Assembly (NCBI GenBank): GCA_052279835.1
Contig: CP181291.1
Coordinates: 4,704,001-4,768,000 of the forward strand
From: Microcoleus sp.
GTDB taxonomy: Bacteria; Cyanobacteriota; Cyanobacteriia; Cyanobacteriales; Microcoleaceae
Length of the DNA stretch: 64,000 nt
Direction of reading: 5' to 3'
Shown: piece after piece, positions 1-10,778 of the stretch
Layout: the number at the start of each line of letters is the position of its first letter
How positions within the stretch are numbered: position 1 is the stretch's first letter
Notes under the pieces: generated by a model
What the model was told of the DNA's origin: nothing
Database searches by the model: none
Seen by the model: only the letters and a program-made list of their open reading frames with translations
Program-made: the position numbers and the translations under genes

Positions 1-235
1 GATCGTGACAGTTCCAGAAGACATTCAGCAATGCTTCGTAACTTACCACAGAGCGATCGAACTCTACCTGCACGGCCTCAGCGTGACCCGTAATTCTAGC
101 ACAAACATCAAGGTAACAGGGATGTTGCCAATGACCGCCCGTATAGCCCGCCCAAGTCGATAACACCCCCTGCACCGATCGAAACTTGTCTTCAACCCCC
201 CAAAAACAACCCGCTGCAAACGTAGCTTTTTCCAT
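1..235 (-). CDS. msrA: Peptide-methionine (S)-S-oxide reductase, 5' part (runs off window)
   Basis: Manual translation [18 protein letters not shown]...GYTGG...[12 protein letters not shown]...FWNCHD with the GCFWG active-site motif; not in the ORF track. Confidence 0.93.
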   Translation of the reverse strand, partial: MEKATFAAGCFWGVEDKFRSVQGVLSTWAGYTGGHWQHPCYLDVCARITGHAEAVQVEFDRSVVSYEALLNVFWNCHD

Positions 236-479
236 GGTGCTGCCCGCAGAAACTTTAATCTTTATCATAAACTCTATATTCACTGTCCAGCAACACGGTT
301 GAGCTAACCCGATCGGGTTACGTCGATCGAGTGTCACTCAAAAAAGCGACTGGCAACTAATTTTTACCCCAGTTATGAATAGATATAGCGAGGGAAAAGC
401 CAAAACAAAACTTTCGCGATCGAACAAATTTGAGATGCCAGACTTCTTAAATAAATCTGGCATCTGGGTATGTTGTTAA

Positions 480-2153
480 CTAGCTGCTCACCCCATTCAT
501 TCTTTCTTTGAGAGCATTTCGGGCTTGTTCTCGATCGTCAAAATGAACTTTTTCAGTACCCAAAATCTGATAATCTTCGTGTCCCTTACCCGCAATCAGC
601 ACGCCATCTCCGGGTTTAGCATCCATAATCGCAGTGCGAATTGCAGCAGCTCGATCGCACTGGACGATGGGATTGACGGACGGTCCAATTCCTGCTAGGA
701 TATCCTCCAAAATCCGCTGAGGAACTTCAGTGCGCGGATTGTCGGAAGTAACAACAGCTAAGTCGGCCAATTCTGCCACGATTTTACCCATTTTTGGACG
801 CTTAGTGCGATCGCGATCGCCACCGCAACCAAACACACAAATCATCTGACCCGGAATAAACGGCCGGGAAGCCTTCAACAAGTTCTCCAAACTATCAGGA
901 GTGTGCGCGTAATCGACAATTACGCTAATATCTTGGTCGGCACTTATTTGCACCCGTTCCATCCGTCCCGGAACTCCCACAAATTCGGATAATTTCTCTA
1001 CAATTGCGGACAAATCTAAACCCAACTCCAAAGCAGCACCAACAGCAGCCAACATATTTGATAAATTGAACTGACCAACCAAAGGCAAAACAAAAGTAGT
1101 TTTTCCTTTAGGAGTATGCAAGACTCCTTTAACACCGTTGGGCTGATATTGCAAATCATCAGCATATAAATCAGCAGTTTTATCGCTAGTGCTGTAACTC
1201 CAAACTTGCTCAGACTTGAGACTTTTCATGATTCGCCTTCCGTAGGCATCATCAATATTCACAACCGCCCGACCTTTGAGATAATCTGGACTAAACAAAA
1301 GCGATTTTGCATTAAAATAATCTTCCATATCGCTATGGAAATCAAGATGGTCTTGAGTCAAGTTTGTAAACACGGCAACATCAAAATCACAGCCCAAAAC
1401 TCGCTGCTGTACCAAAGCATGAGAACTGACTTCCATCACCGCATATTTACATCCAGCCCTAACAGATTCTGCTAATTCTTTTTGCAAATCCACAGCAAAA
1501 GGTGTGGTGTAAAGTGCGGTTTTTTCATAGCCTTGCCAGCGAGTATAAAGCGTGCCGAAAATCGCGGCAGGTAACTGCATTTGATTCAGCAAAAATTCGA
1601 TTAAATGAGTAGTTGTAGTTTTGCCATTAGTACCCGTAACACCAACCAGTTTCAATTGGCTAGCTGGACTACCGTAAAATGCCGTTGCTATTTGACCGCA
1701 AACTAGAGCCATATCCCCTGCTGGAATCACACAGGGAACCTCTTCTAGCCCCCCCTGGCTGGAGGGTTGAGGGGGTATTTTCGAGCTTTCTAGCCCCCCC
1801 TGGCTGGAGGGTTGAGGGGGTATTTTCGAGCTTTCTAGCCCCCCCTGGCTGGAGGGTTGAGGGGGTATTTTCGAGCTTTCTAGCCCCCCCTTGCCAAGGG
1901 GGGGTTGGGGGGGTATTTTTTGGGCGGCTGAGGTGGAAATTATGGCAGCTACAGCACCAGCTTCGATCGCACTAGGCCAAAAATCTCCCCCATCTACCCG
2001 CGTTCCCGGCATTCCCAAAAACAAATCCCCCGACTTACAAGCGTGGGAATTAGTCGATAAACCCTTCACTTCCGCATCGAGGGCGGGATGTTGCAAGTCA
2101 AAAGAAATGCTGGGAACCGCTGCTAATAATTCTCTCAATTTCATGTCAATCAC
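480..2153 (-). CDS. murE: UDP-N-acetylmuramoyl-L-alanyl-D-glutamate--2,6-diaminopimelate ligase
   Basis: GVTGTNGKTT, MEVSSH, FTNLTQDHLDFH, DYAHTPD, SDNPR and GKGHE motifs; carries a Pro/Gly repeat insertion. Confidence 0.96.
   Translation of the reverse strand: MIDMKLRELLAAVPSISFDLQHPALDAEVKGLSTNSHACKSGDLFLGMPGTRVDGGDFWPSAIEAGAVAAIISTSAAQKIPPQPPLGKGGLESSKIPPQPSSQGGLESSKIPPQPSSQGGLESSKIPPQPSSQGGLEEVPCVIPAGDMALVCGQIATAFYGSPASQLKLVGVTGTNGKTTTTHLIEFLLNQMQLPAAIFGTLYTRWQGYEKTALYTTPFAVDLQKELAESVRAGCKYAVMEVSSHALVQQRVLGCDFDVAVFTNLTQDHLDFHSDMEDYFNAKSLLFSPDYLKGRAVVNIDDAYGRRIMKSLKSEQVWSYSTSDKTADLYADDLQYQPNGVKGVLHTPKGKTTFVLPLVGQFNLSNMLAAVGAALELGLDLSAIVEKLSEFVGVPGRMERVQISADQDISVIVDYAHTPDSLENLLKASRPFIPGQMICVFGCGGDRDRTKRPKMGKIVAELADLAVVTSDNPRTEVPQRILEDILAGIGPSVNPIVQCDRAAAIRTAIMDAKPGDGVLIAGKGHEDYQILGTEKVHFDDREQARNALKERMNGVSS
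1744..1920. repeat. Four 45-bp tandem units in frame inside murE, one containing a CCCCCCTT..AAGGGGGG palindrome
   Basis: Units start at 1744, 1789, 1834 and 1879; encode KIPPQP(S/P)xxGGLESS. Confidence 0.92.
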
Positions 2154-2175
2154 TCCTCATTAAACTGTGTTGAAT

Positions 2176-2481
2176 CTATTTTGACCCATCGCTTTGTAAA
2201 TATTTCTGTAACATTTGCTCCAATTGTGCGACTGTGCAGCGCGGAGAAGGACGGGGTAATTGTTCTAGGGGCGAGGATGCAACATCGGCAGAATTGTTTC
2301 CGAGAGGGTACACTTTAAACAAAACTGGCACTTCGTACTGGTAAGCTTGAAACCAGTCATCATGTTGGGTAATATCTCGCACTTCCAATTGAAACTTGAT
2401 GCTTTCAATCTGTTCCAGTTTTTCTTGCAACCCTTCGCACAAGTGGCATCCAGGTTTGCTGTACAAAATCAATCTCATCAT
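2176..2481 (-). CDS. Glutaredoxin-like (DUF836-type) protein
   Basis: LYSKPGCHLC CxxC motif, YQYEVPVL. Confidence 0.85.
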   Translation of the reverse strand: MMRLILYSKPGCHLCEGLQEKLEQIESIKFQLEVRDITQHDDWFQAYQYEVPVLFKVYPLGNNSADVASSPLEQLPRPSPRCTVAQLEQMLQKYLQSDGSK

Positions 2482-2697
2482 CTACTACAATTAGACTCGA
2501 TCTTAAATTTTCCAACCTGCGATCGCAAATTGGCTAACTACACTTAGCAATCCGCCAAGCCCCGCATCATTAATGTGAGTATACGATCAAGTCTATCTTA
2601 GCATTTTTACTGACACCCTAATGTTTCTTGCTATAAACTTGACTAATAAATTATTTTTTTGTAGAATGTATAAATAGCCCTACAAACAGGAGGCAGT

Positions 2698-3978
2698 ATG
2701 AACTGCACCGAATACGTCGAAGCCAAACGAAAAGCAGCTAAAAAAATCAGTGCCGACATTCGAGAACGCTGGAACAATCGCATCGTTAAGCGAGAATTAC
2801 ACTTGATGGGTGAAGCGGGGGCCCTACAATATTTAGCTGATTACGGGCGCGGTATTGGTACGGCGAAAGTGATTAGTTTTGCACTCTGTGCGGAGTCGGA
2901 AGGATATCCAGACATGGCGATGGGATTTTGGAAAAAAGCTTTTGAATTGGAAACTGGACAACAGCCACTCGCTCTCAAGGAGGAACCCAATGCTACCACC
3001 AATCTGGTTCCCAAGGCCAAATCAAATTCCGCCCCCAAAATAGAAACAACTGTCAACAATCCCATAATTGCCCAATTACCGCCACACTTACAGCCGGGAA
3101 AAGTTGTGACAATGCAGCCGGTAGACGCACCGAATGTACGTTCTTATTACATCGAAAATTCAGATTATTGGGGACAGCCAAAACGCGACGGCAATCGAGT
3201 AGTTGCGATCGCCACTCCAGACAAAGTATACTACCAATCGCGATCGACCAACCTACGCCAACAGCCATCCATTGAAATAGAGCAAGCATTAATTGACACA
3301 GCAACTAAAATAGGCATCTTTGTTTTAGACGGCGAACTATATTACAAAAGCTGTACCGGCAGCGAACACCGCACAGGCTCCCAAGCTGCTACAGTTAATA
3401 TAGAAAGAGGTTTTCCCACCCTGGCACCCTCAGCAATTTATGCTATTTTTAAATGTTTGTTTTACCAAGGAAATGACCTAACTCCGTTGCCGGAATCAGC
3501 ACGAATTGCTGCGGGAGTAGAAATTGGCGAAATGCTGGTGAATTTATCTAAAGAATTTGAAATTGTACCGACCTTTCGCACCGCCACCGAAAAACTTTTA
3601 CTAGCAAATCAGCAAGAATCGGAAAATAAAGAAGGCGAAGTGTGGGTTTTGCATAACTGCCCCTATGTAGGGGGGAAAGATATCAAAAAATTCCCCATGG
3701 TGAGGACAAAATATTGTCTGGAATTCGAGCTGTGGATTGTGGGGTTAACACCGACAAAAGTTGCGGGAAGACCCTTTAGTGCGATCGAAGTAGCTCAAGA
3801 AAATCAGGGCAAATTAGTGCCAATGGGAGCAGTCGGAACCGGGTTTAGCACCACAGAAATGCAGGAAATTAGCCGACTCTATGAGGCGAATCCCAAAAAC
3901 GTCAAAATAAAAGTGCGATCGCAAGGTTTGACAGAGAGTGGCAAACTGTGGCACGCCCGATTTTTGGAGTTATGTTAA
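2698..3978 (+). CDS. Divergent ATP-dependent DNA ligase with extra N-terminal region
   Basis: QPKRDGNR (KxDG), VLDGEL, EGEVW, OB-fold GAVGTGFS and KLWHARF; RBS AGGAGG upstream. Confidence 0.8.
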   Translation: MNCTEYVEAKRKAAKKISADIRERWNNRIVKRELHLMGEAGALQYLADYGRGIGTAKVISFALCAESEGYPDMAMGFWKKAFELETGQQPLALKEEPNATTNLVPKAKSNSAPKIETTVNNPIIAQLPPHLQPGKVVTMQPVDAPNVRSYYIENSDYWGQPKRDGNRVVAIATPDKVYYQSRSTNLRQQPSIEIEQALIDTATKIGIFVLDGELYYKSCTGSEHRTGSQAATVNIERGFPTLAPSAIYAIFKCLFYQGNDLTPLPESARIAAGVEIGEMLVNLSKEFEIVPTFRTATEKLLLANQQESENKEGEVWVLHNCPYVGGKDIKKFPMVRTKYCLEFELWIVGLTPTKVAGRPFSAIEVAQENQGKLVPMGAVGTGFSTTEMQEISRLYEANPKNVKIKVRSQGLTESGKLWHARFLELC

Positions 3979-4203
3979 CTGAAGCTTTTCTAGGGTATAC
4001 GCTCCTACTTTCAAGCGCAGATGTAGATAGAGTGCCTAAGTCCTGAATACAAAAAAAGCCACATCAAATAAGTTCAAAAATATCCAAATTCATCAGCCCT
4101 AATCCCCCTTCATACATAAAAAATCCCACTTTTAGCAAAACATGAATCCAAACACCGCCATTTACCCTTAAAATAAAAAAGACTGACTAGCCAACAAAGC
4201 CCT

Positions 4204-5650
4204 ATGTTTGAAGCCCTTGCCGATCGACTCGAATCCACCTGGAAAAAACTGCGCGGACAGAATAAAATCTCCGAGAGCAACATCCAAGACGCGCTCAAAG
4301 AAGTCCGCCGCGCCCTCCTGGAAGCAGATGTCAACCTCCAAGTCGTCAAAAACTTCATCGCCGAAGTAACGGCCAAAGCACAAGGAGCAGAAGTAGTCTC
4401 AGGCGTCCGTCCCGACCAACAATTCATTAAAATAGTTCACGACGAACTCGTCCGCGTCATGGGGGAAACCAACGTACCCCTCGCCATCGCCGACAGCGGG
4501 CCGACAGTAGTCCTCATGGCAGGTTTACAAGGTACGGGTAAAACCACAGCCACCGCCAAACTAGCACTGCACCTCCGCAAACAAAATCGTACCGCATTGC
4601 TGGTGGCAACCGACATTTATCGACCAGCCGCGATCGACCAATTGCTCACCCTAGGTAAACAAATAGACGTACCAGTATTTGAACTAGGTACTGATACTGA
4701 CCCCGTAGAAATTGCCCGCCAAGGCATCGAACACGGCAAACAACTAGGCGTCGATACAATCATCGTCGATACAGCAGGTCGCCTGCAAATCGACCAAGAC
4801 ATGATGGCAGAATTAGGCCGCATCAAACAAACAGTACAACCCCACGAAACACTGTTAGTTGTAGATGCCATGACAGGCCAGGAAGCAGCAAATTTAACCC
4901 GCACCTTTCACGAACAAATCGGCATTACCGGCGCAATCTTAACCAAATTAGACGGCGACAGCCGCGGCGGAGCAGCCTTATCGGTACGGCAAATATCCGG
5001 TGCCCCGATTAAATTTGTCGGAGTCGGCGAAAAAGTGGAAGCATTGCAACCATTTTATCCCGATCGCATGGCATCGAGAATACTCGGCATGGGCGACGTC
5101 CTCACCCTAGTAGAAAGAGCCCAAGAAGAATTCGACATCGCCGATGCCGAAAAAATGCAAGAGAAAATGCTCACGGCAAAGTTTGACTTTACCGACTTTC
5201 TCAAACAAACCAGACTGCTAAAAAACATGGGTTCCCTAGGCGGCATCATGAAAATGATACCGGGGATGAACAAACTCTCAGACGAACAAATGCGACAAGG
5301 AGAAGTGCAGCTAAAACGCACCGAAGCCATGATTAATTCCATGACAGTAGAAGAAACGCCGCAACCCCGAACTATTAGCAAGTTCACCATCTCGCCGCCG
5401 TCGCATCGGAAAAGGTGCAGGCTATGCAGAAAACGACGTCACCAAACTCGTGAGCGATTTCCAAAAAATGCGCACCATGATGCAGCAAATGAGTCAAGGT
5501 AACTTTACAGGTATGGGAGGATTACCCGGAATGCCAGGAATGCCAGGAATGGCAGGAATGCAGCCCGGTGCCCGTGGCTACATGGGCGGCCAACAACAGA
5601 AAAAGAAAAAGAAAAAAGATAAACCCAAAAAAGGTTTCGGACAATTGTAA
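4204..5650 (+). CDS. ffh: Signal recognition particle protein Ffh, apparently frameshifted by one extra A at 5354-5356
   Basis: GLQGTGKTT, DTAGR and TKLDGD motifs; removing one A gives EERRNPELLASSPSRRRRIGKGAG and joins ORF 5450..5650. Confidence 0.95.
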
Positions 5651-5663
5651 AAAGTAGATACAA

Positions 5664-5720
5664 GGGGCGGGTTTCAGCAACAATAATTGCCTAAAACCGA
5701 TAATCTCCTAAACCCGCCCC
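5664..5720. repeat. GGGGCGGGTTT...AAACCCGCCCC REP-like inverted repeat (related copies at 14881-14940, ~48006-48064, ~48221-48279)
   Basis: Paired inverted arms read directly; intergenic positions. Confidence 0.8.
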
Positions 5721-5777
5721 CACTCAACTCTTCCTTCGCGTCTTCGCGGTTCAATAATCAACTCTCAAAACAGGCTT

Positions 5778-6365
5778 CTAAGAACCTTGAATCGCTTGTC
5801 TAAATTCCCGCATCGCCTGAAGGTGATTTTCAATATTAATACACCGCGCCAATAATACAATATCTAAATCTGGCAAAACCAAAGAGCGATCGACCTCTGC
5901 ATATCCATCAGCCTCCAACGAATACAAACACAGCCTACCATTTTCCCAAAACCAAACTTCAGGAATTTGCAGGCGTTTGTAAGCTTCCAACTTGTCAATA
6001 CCGCCGCTAGTCACCACCACTTCCACCACCAAATCAGGAAGTTCTCGATTAGGTCCCAATTCGTAAGACAAATCCGCTTCTCGCTTCACCCTTCCAGTTT
6101 CACTTTCTAGTGTCACCGAACCCGTTGGCGTAAAATCAATCCCTCCGAATTCCAAATACAAATCCAACAGCGTTGAAATCCGCTGCTTAACAGTTTCATG
6201 TTTTTTTCCAGGCATACGTCTAATCTCCAATACCCCATCTAAAAATGACAATCTCACCCCTGGGCGTGAGAGCAACTGTTCAACCACCTTAAACTCTCTC
6301 CAGCTCAATTCGTCAATTAAGATAGGTTCATCGAGCTTTTCTAACTTTTCTAAAGTTGTTGTCAT
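5778..6365 (-). CDS. Uma2 family (PDDEXK-like) endonuclease
   Basis: EADLSY, PDLVVEVVVTS, IPEVWFW. Confidence 0.9.
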   Translation of the reverse strand: MTTTLEKLEKLDEPILIDELSWREFKVVEQLLSRPGVRLSFLDGVLEIRRMPGKKHETVKQRISTLLDLYLEFGGIDFTPTGSVTLESETGRVKREADLSYELGPNRELPDLVVEVVVTSGGIDKLEAYKRLQIPEVWFWENGRLCLYSLEADGYAEVDRSLVLPDLDIVLLARCINIENHLQAMREFRQAIQGS

Positions 6366-6410
6366 CCCAACTGCTCCTTACTCAATTTAATCTTCATTAT
6401 ATCAGCGTTC

Positions 6411-6497
6411 AAGTCCCCCCCTTATTAAGGGGGGCTAGGGGGGATCTAGACTTCGACACAAACAAGAAAGACTGTCGGTTTGACGTTAAGGTGTCAT
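6411..6497. repeat. CCCCCCTTATTAAGGGGGG palindrome plus degenerate MITE end
   Basis: GTTTGACGTTAAG matches the right end of the MITE at 46411-46423. Confidence 0.6.
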
Positions 6498-6612
6498 ATC
6501 AATTCCTCTCTTCATCGGAATTATTCATTTCTCTCTGAGCTCTCTGTGTTCTCTGTGTTCTAGTAAGGTTAAATCATTCCGATGCAACGGTCAACGATAT
6601 CACCAATCCTAT

Positions 6613-7809
6613 CTACTGTCCCAAAGTTGCTTTATGCTCATCCGGTACAAACTCCGTCACAACTTGGCCGCCCCCACCGTCACCTTTGACAATCACAGTT
6701 TGATCTTTAAGCTGTCCCGAAGCCTTTGGTCCAGTTAAATTAAACACCGGATCTAATTGTCGGTAAACCACATTTCCTTCCGCATCAAAAGTCTGATTAG
6801 TTAAATACCAAATTACTCGATCGCTATTCAACTGAGATAGACGTTTCTGCCCTATTCCTAGCACATTTCCCGTCAAATAAAAAACTTTTTTATCTAAATC
6901 TCCCCTACCAGTATCCCCAGTCATCGTCACCTTTTCCACCCGGTGAAAAATCTTCACTGGTCCCGGAGAAACCACACTTTGTGCCGGAAAATTCCAACTC
7001 ATCAAATTGCTTTCTATTTGCAGTGGCGGGTCTGATGGCATCAATTGAGCATTTTTGGTCAGCGTCGCAATCTTCGTTTTTAAGTCTACATCTGTGTGGT
7101 CAGCAAAACCGCTTTCTGTAACTTTTTTATCTTTATATCTGTCCAGTTGACTAGGTTTGTCACTGCTGACTTTTTGCTGATCCAGAAACCAAATTAAATG
7201 CTCTGTTCGCAATTGCAAAACCGGATCTTTAATATCTGCGACTACAGAGCCGAATAACTCCATTCTTCTGGCTCTAGTGAAAACTCGCGCTTCCTTCGCT
7301 GAAGCACTCACCTGTTTGTTGTCTCCAGTCAGATTATTGCGAACCACTAACACATCTTCCTTGGGCCGCCACTCCAATTCATTCCCCCTGAGCACCAGTC
7401 CATTTTTGAGGTCAGTAGCAACTATGTTGCCTTTCAGAAATACCTGATTTCCTTCCTGAAATACCTGTCCTGTTTCTGCTTGAATATCGTAAATTTCTTT
7501 GCCGTCCTGAAACAATTTTCCCACTGGTTTCTGAACGTTCACTATCTTTTGGTCTTTGTTGTAAACAGCATCCTTCGACCTCACCTTCCAGAATAACTCG
7601 CCTTTTTCATTGGCCTGCTCTAGAATTACTTTGTTCAATGTTAAAGTGCTGTTTGACTTTTCAGCAGTTTTGAGATCTTCAGCTAACTTACTTTTTTGAG
7701 TGTCGGAAGGAGCGCCACAAGCACCAATCCCCAAAAGCAAGGCAACTAAAGTTAGTAGCACCACTTTTGGGGATGAGAAATTGGAAATTTTTGATGGGTA
7801 ATTAATCAT
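6613..7809 (-). CDS. lptC: LPS export periplasmic protein LptC, lipoprotein
   Basis: Lipobox-like IGAC; repeated jellyroll-type segments (GNELEWRP, TEHLIWF); metG-NYN-lptC order. Confidence 0.8.
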   Translation of the reverse strand: MINYPSKISNFSSPKVVLLTLVALLLGIGACGAPSDTQKSKLAEDLKTAEKSNSTLTLNKVILEQANEKGELFWKVRSKDAVYNKDQKIVNVQKPVGKLFQDGKEIYDIQAETGQVFQEGNQVFLKGNIVATDLKNGLVLRGNELEWRPKEDVLVVRNNLTGDNKQVSASAKEARVFTRARRMELFGSVVADIKDPVLQLRTEHLIWFLDQQKVSSDKPSQLDRYKDKKVTESGFADHTDVDLKTKIATLTKNAQLMPSDPPLQIESNLMSWNFPAQSVVSPGPVKIFHRVEKVTMTGDTGRGDLDKKVFYLTGNVLGIGQKRLSQLNSDRVIWYLTNQTFDAEGNVVYRQLDPVFNLTGPKASGQLKDQTVIVKGDGGGGQVVTEFVPDEHKATLGQ

Positions 7810-8021
7810 TTAGTAATTAATAATTAGTAAGTGGTAATTAGTAATGTGGTAATTAATGATTTGGTAATTGGTAATTTGGTAACTTATTAATTGAAAAAGC
7901 AAATCAAAAGTTTAAAATCTCCTATATTTTATCTAAATTTTTGACTTTTAATTTTGAATTATTTAACCTATTACCCATTCCCCATTACCCATTCCCCATT
8001 ACCCATTCCCCATTACCCATT
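7810..8021. repeat. Heptamer short tandem repeats (TGGTAAT-type and CCCATT(C/A)-type STRR)
   Basis: ttggtaattggtaat near 7860; (cccattccccatta)n at ~7970-8021. Confidence 0.75.
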
Positions 8022-8030
8022 TCCAACTTC

Positions 8031-8636
8031 CTATCTATCGTCATGTTCGTCCATCAAGCTCAAGCCAGACAATGGCCGATAAGCGTAGTTAGGGCGCGAT
8101 GTTTTTTGGATATCGTCCTTAATCATTTCCAAATCGATGTAGCGATCGGCTACATTAATTAAACTGTCGCTGGTCATCGATCGCAAACTCACCACCTCAA
8201 CCCGCACGCCACGGTAGCTGACAGCATCCACAGCATAGGCCAAGTCGCCATCGCCACTGACCAAAACCGCCGTGTCATAGGAACCAACCAAAGCCATCAT
8301 ATCCACAGCAATTTCTACATCTAAGTTCGCTTTCTTAGAACCATCGGGTAACTGCACCAAATCCTTAGAAATTACCCGGTATCCGTTGCGGCGCATCCAC
8401 AGCAAAAACCCCTGTTGTTTCTCGTTAGTGCGATCGACACCAGTGTAGAAAAAAGACCGCAACAGCCGGGAACCAGCCGTTAAACGGCACAGAAGCTTGG
8501 TATAATCAATCTCAATCCCTAATTGTAAAGCAGCATAAAACAGGTTAGAGCCATCAATAAAGATTGCCACTCGTCCCCGATTTTCTAAAACTTGTTCCGG
8601 CGTAAAAAGATCGTTGCTTTCTATTCTATTCAACAT
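8031..8636 (-). CDS. NYN domain (LabA/DUF88) protein
   Basis: IFIDGSNLFY, KANLDVEIAVDM, LVSGDGD. Confidence 0.9.
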   Translation of the reverse strand: MLNRIESNDLFTPEQVLENRGRVAIFIDGSNLFYAALQLGIEIDYTKLLCRLTAGSRLLRSFFYTGVDRTNEKQQGFLLWMRRNGYRVISKDLVQLPDGSKKANLDVEIAVDMMALVGSYDTAVLVSGDGDLAYAVDAVSYRGVRVEVVSLRSMTSDSLINVADRYIDLEMIKDDIQKTSRPNYAYRPLSGLSLMDEHDDR

Positions 8637-8728
8637 GATTGTTATGCCTCAATTTTTTATGAAAGATTAGGTAATGAAATAAGTGCTAATTTGCGATCGG
8701 TCATCGCACCCCGATCGCCTAATGTCAA

Positions 8729-10336
8729 CTAAGAAGGTACTTTTTCCAGCAGTTCTAGTCGCTTAAAAACAGGCTGAGCTTCTCCGAGAGCTTGGTTTGC
8801 TGGTAAAGCACCCCATACCGAGTGAGTTGCAAATGTTGCTAAACTGTTAACTGGTACCTTATCGTTAAAGTCAATTGAAAAACCGAGCTGCTGATAAATC
8901 GCACTGCTGATATTGGGTATTATCGGGGATAAAAGGTAAGATGCCAGTCTAACAGATTCCAGAACCGAATATAGCACTTGTTGGAGAGATTCTAAATGTC
9001 CTTGTTTATACAAACTCCAAGGTGCTTGTACGTCAATAAACTTATTTCCAGCTCTAACCAAAGCCAGTACGGCTTCGCAAGCTTTGCTAAAAGCTAAGTC
9101 TTCGTAAAAACCAGCGACTTCTTCGCCCAAATTCAGGCTCATACCCTTGAGAAGGTTGTCACTGGAAATGTTTTCGCCCAATACATTAGGAACACAACCA
9201 CCGCAATATTTACGGGCCATGTTTAAAGTACGGTTAAGCAAATTTCCCAAATCATTTGCTAACTCAGCATTTAATGTATTGATAAACCGAGTTTCATTAA
9301 AATCGCCGTCCTGTCCGAACTCAATTTCTTTTAAGAAATAGTAGCGAGCCGCATCAGCACCGTATTTATTGACCAATTCCACAGGGTCTAAAGTATTACC
9401 CTCAGTTTTACCCATTTTTTTGCCGTCTTTGGTCAAAAAGCCGTGGGCAAAAACACGGCCTGGCATCGGCAAACCAGCAGACATCAGCATTGCCGGCCAA
9501 TAAACTGCGTGGAAACGGAGAATATCTTTGCCGATTAAGTGGATGTCAACTGGCCACCATTTAGATAAAGCATTCTCTAAAGTAGGATCGCTGTCAGCAT
9601 CCACCAGGGCGGTGATATATCCTACCAAAGCATCAAACCAGACATAGATGGTGTGACTAGGGTCCACTGGCACCGGCAAACCCCATGCCACATTCACTCT
9701 AGAAATTGAAAAGTCTTGGAGTCCAGAGTTGACAAAGCTGAGAACTTCGTTGCGCCGACTTTCCGGCGCGATGAAATCGGGACGTTCAACATAGAGGGCT
9801 AAAAGTTGATCTTGATAGCGCGACAGGCGGAAAAAGTAGTTTTCCTCATCGCGCCACTCAACTTCTTTGCTGGTGTGGACAGAACACCGGTGCCCCGGTA
9901 ACAAGTCCCGTTCCTCTTTAAATTCTTCGCAGGAAACGCAGTACCAGCCTTGTTGCTGATTCAAGTAGATGTCGCCGGAGTTCCAAACCCGCTGGAAAAA
10001 TTCTTTGACAATATACTCGTGCCGCCTGGCGGTAGTGCGGATAAAGCGATCGTACTGGATATTGAATTTTTCCCAAAGCGCCTCAAAGCCCGGAACAACT
10101 AGATCGCAGTGACCCTGGGGCGATCGCCCCAAACTCTCGGCTGTGCGTTGAATTTTCTGCCCGTGCTCGTCTGTCCCTGTCACTAGCAAAACAGATTTAC
10201 CCCGCAGCCGCTCAAATCTGGCTACAGCATCAGCAGCCATAGTCGTATAAGCGCTGCCAAGGTGAGGTAAATCGTTTACATAGTACAGAGGGGTTGTGAT
10301 CGCAAAGGTATTTTTACTGTTATCGATCGATTTCAT
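8729..10336 (-). CDS. metG: Methionine--tRNA ligase
   Basis: YYVNDLPHLGSAY, GTDEHGQKI, GKDILRFH, KMGKT. Confidence 0.97.
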   Translation of the reverse strand: MKSIDNSKNTFAITTPLYYVNDLPHLGSAYTTMAADAVARFERLRGKSVLLVTGTDEHGQKIQRTAESLGRSPQGHCDLVVPGFEALWEKFNIQYDRFIRTTARRHEYIVKEFFQRVWNSGDIYLNQQQGWYCVSCEEFKEERDLLPGHRCSVHTSKEVEWRDEENYFFRLSRYQDQLLALYVERPDFIAPESRRNEVLSFVNSGLQDFSISRVNVAWGLPVPVDPSHTIYVWFDALVGYITALVDADSDPTLENALSKWWPVDIHLIGKDILRFHAVYWPAMLMSAGLPMPGRVFAHGFLTKDGKKMGKTEGNTLDPVELVNKYGADAARYYFLKEIEFGQDGDFNETRFINTLNAELANDLGNLLNRTLNMARKYCGGCVPNVLGENISSDNLLKGMSLNLGEEVAGFYEDLAFSKACEAVLALVRAGNKFIDVQAPWSLYKQGHLESLQQVLYSVLESVRLASYLLSPIIPNISSAIYQQLGFSIDFNDKVPVNSLATFATHSVWGALPANQALGEAQPVFKRLELLEKVPS

Positions 10337-10778
10337 TTAATCCTAAAAAAAATTACCTAAATCTCGCCTTCGATCTTAACTTAAGAGTTGAACCTTGGCT
10401 GGAGTGGCAATTTTGCTAAATTTGCTGGAAGCTATTTGCAATTTGCCAACCCTGGTTATTCCCAACAGACAAATGGGTTTAATAACTACATTAATCTTTT
10501 TTACATATTTTTGACCAACTCTAAAAAATGTCTTAATATTTTGACTTTTCTTTGAAAAATAGTCTATTGCCCCAGAGTGGGGCATTGGCACAGGGGAATA
10601 GTGCCAGACCGGGAGAGTGGCAGATGACTAATGACTACTGACTTTAGTTTGATGACATCCGCCCCTGAACTTCCAAATCTGAATCCAAAATATGCTATAA
10701 TATACGCAAAAAAAAACCCAAGCTATTAAACTTAGGGGTATCAAATCAGGGTGCATCTATGAATCTACTATGCGGAAT

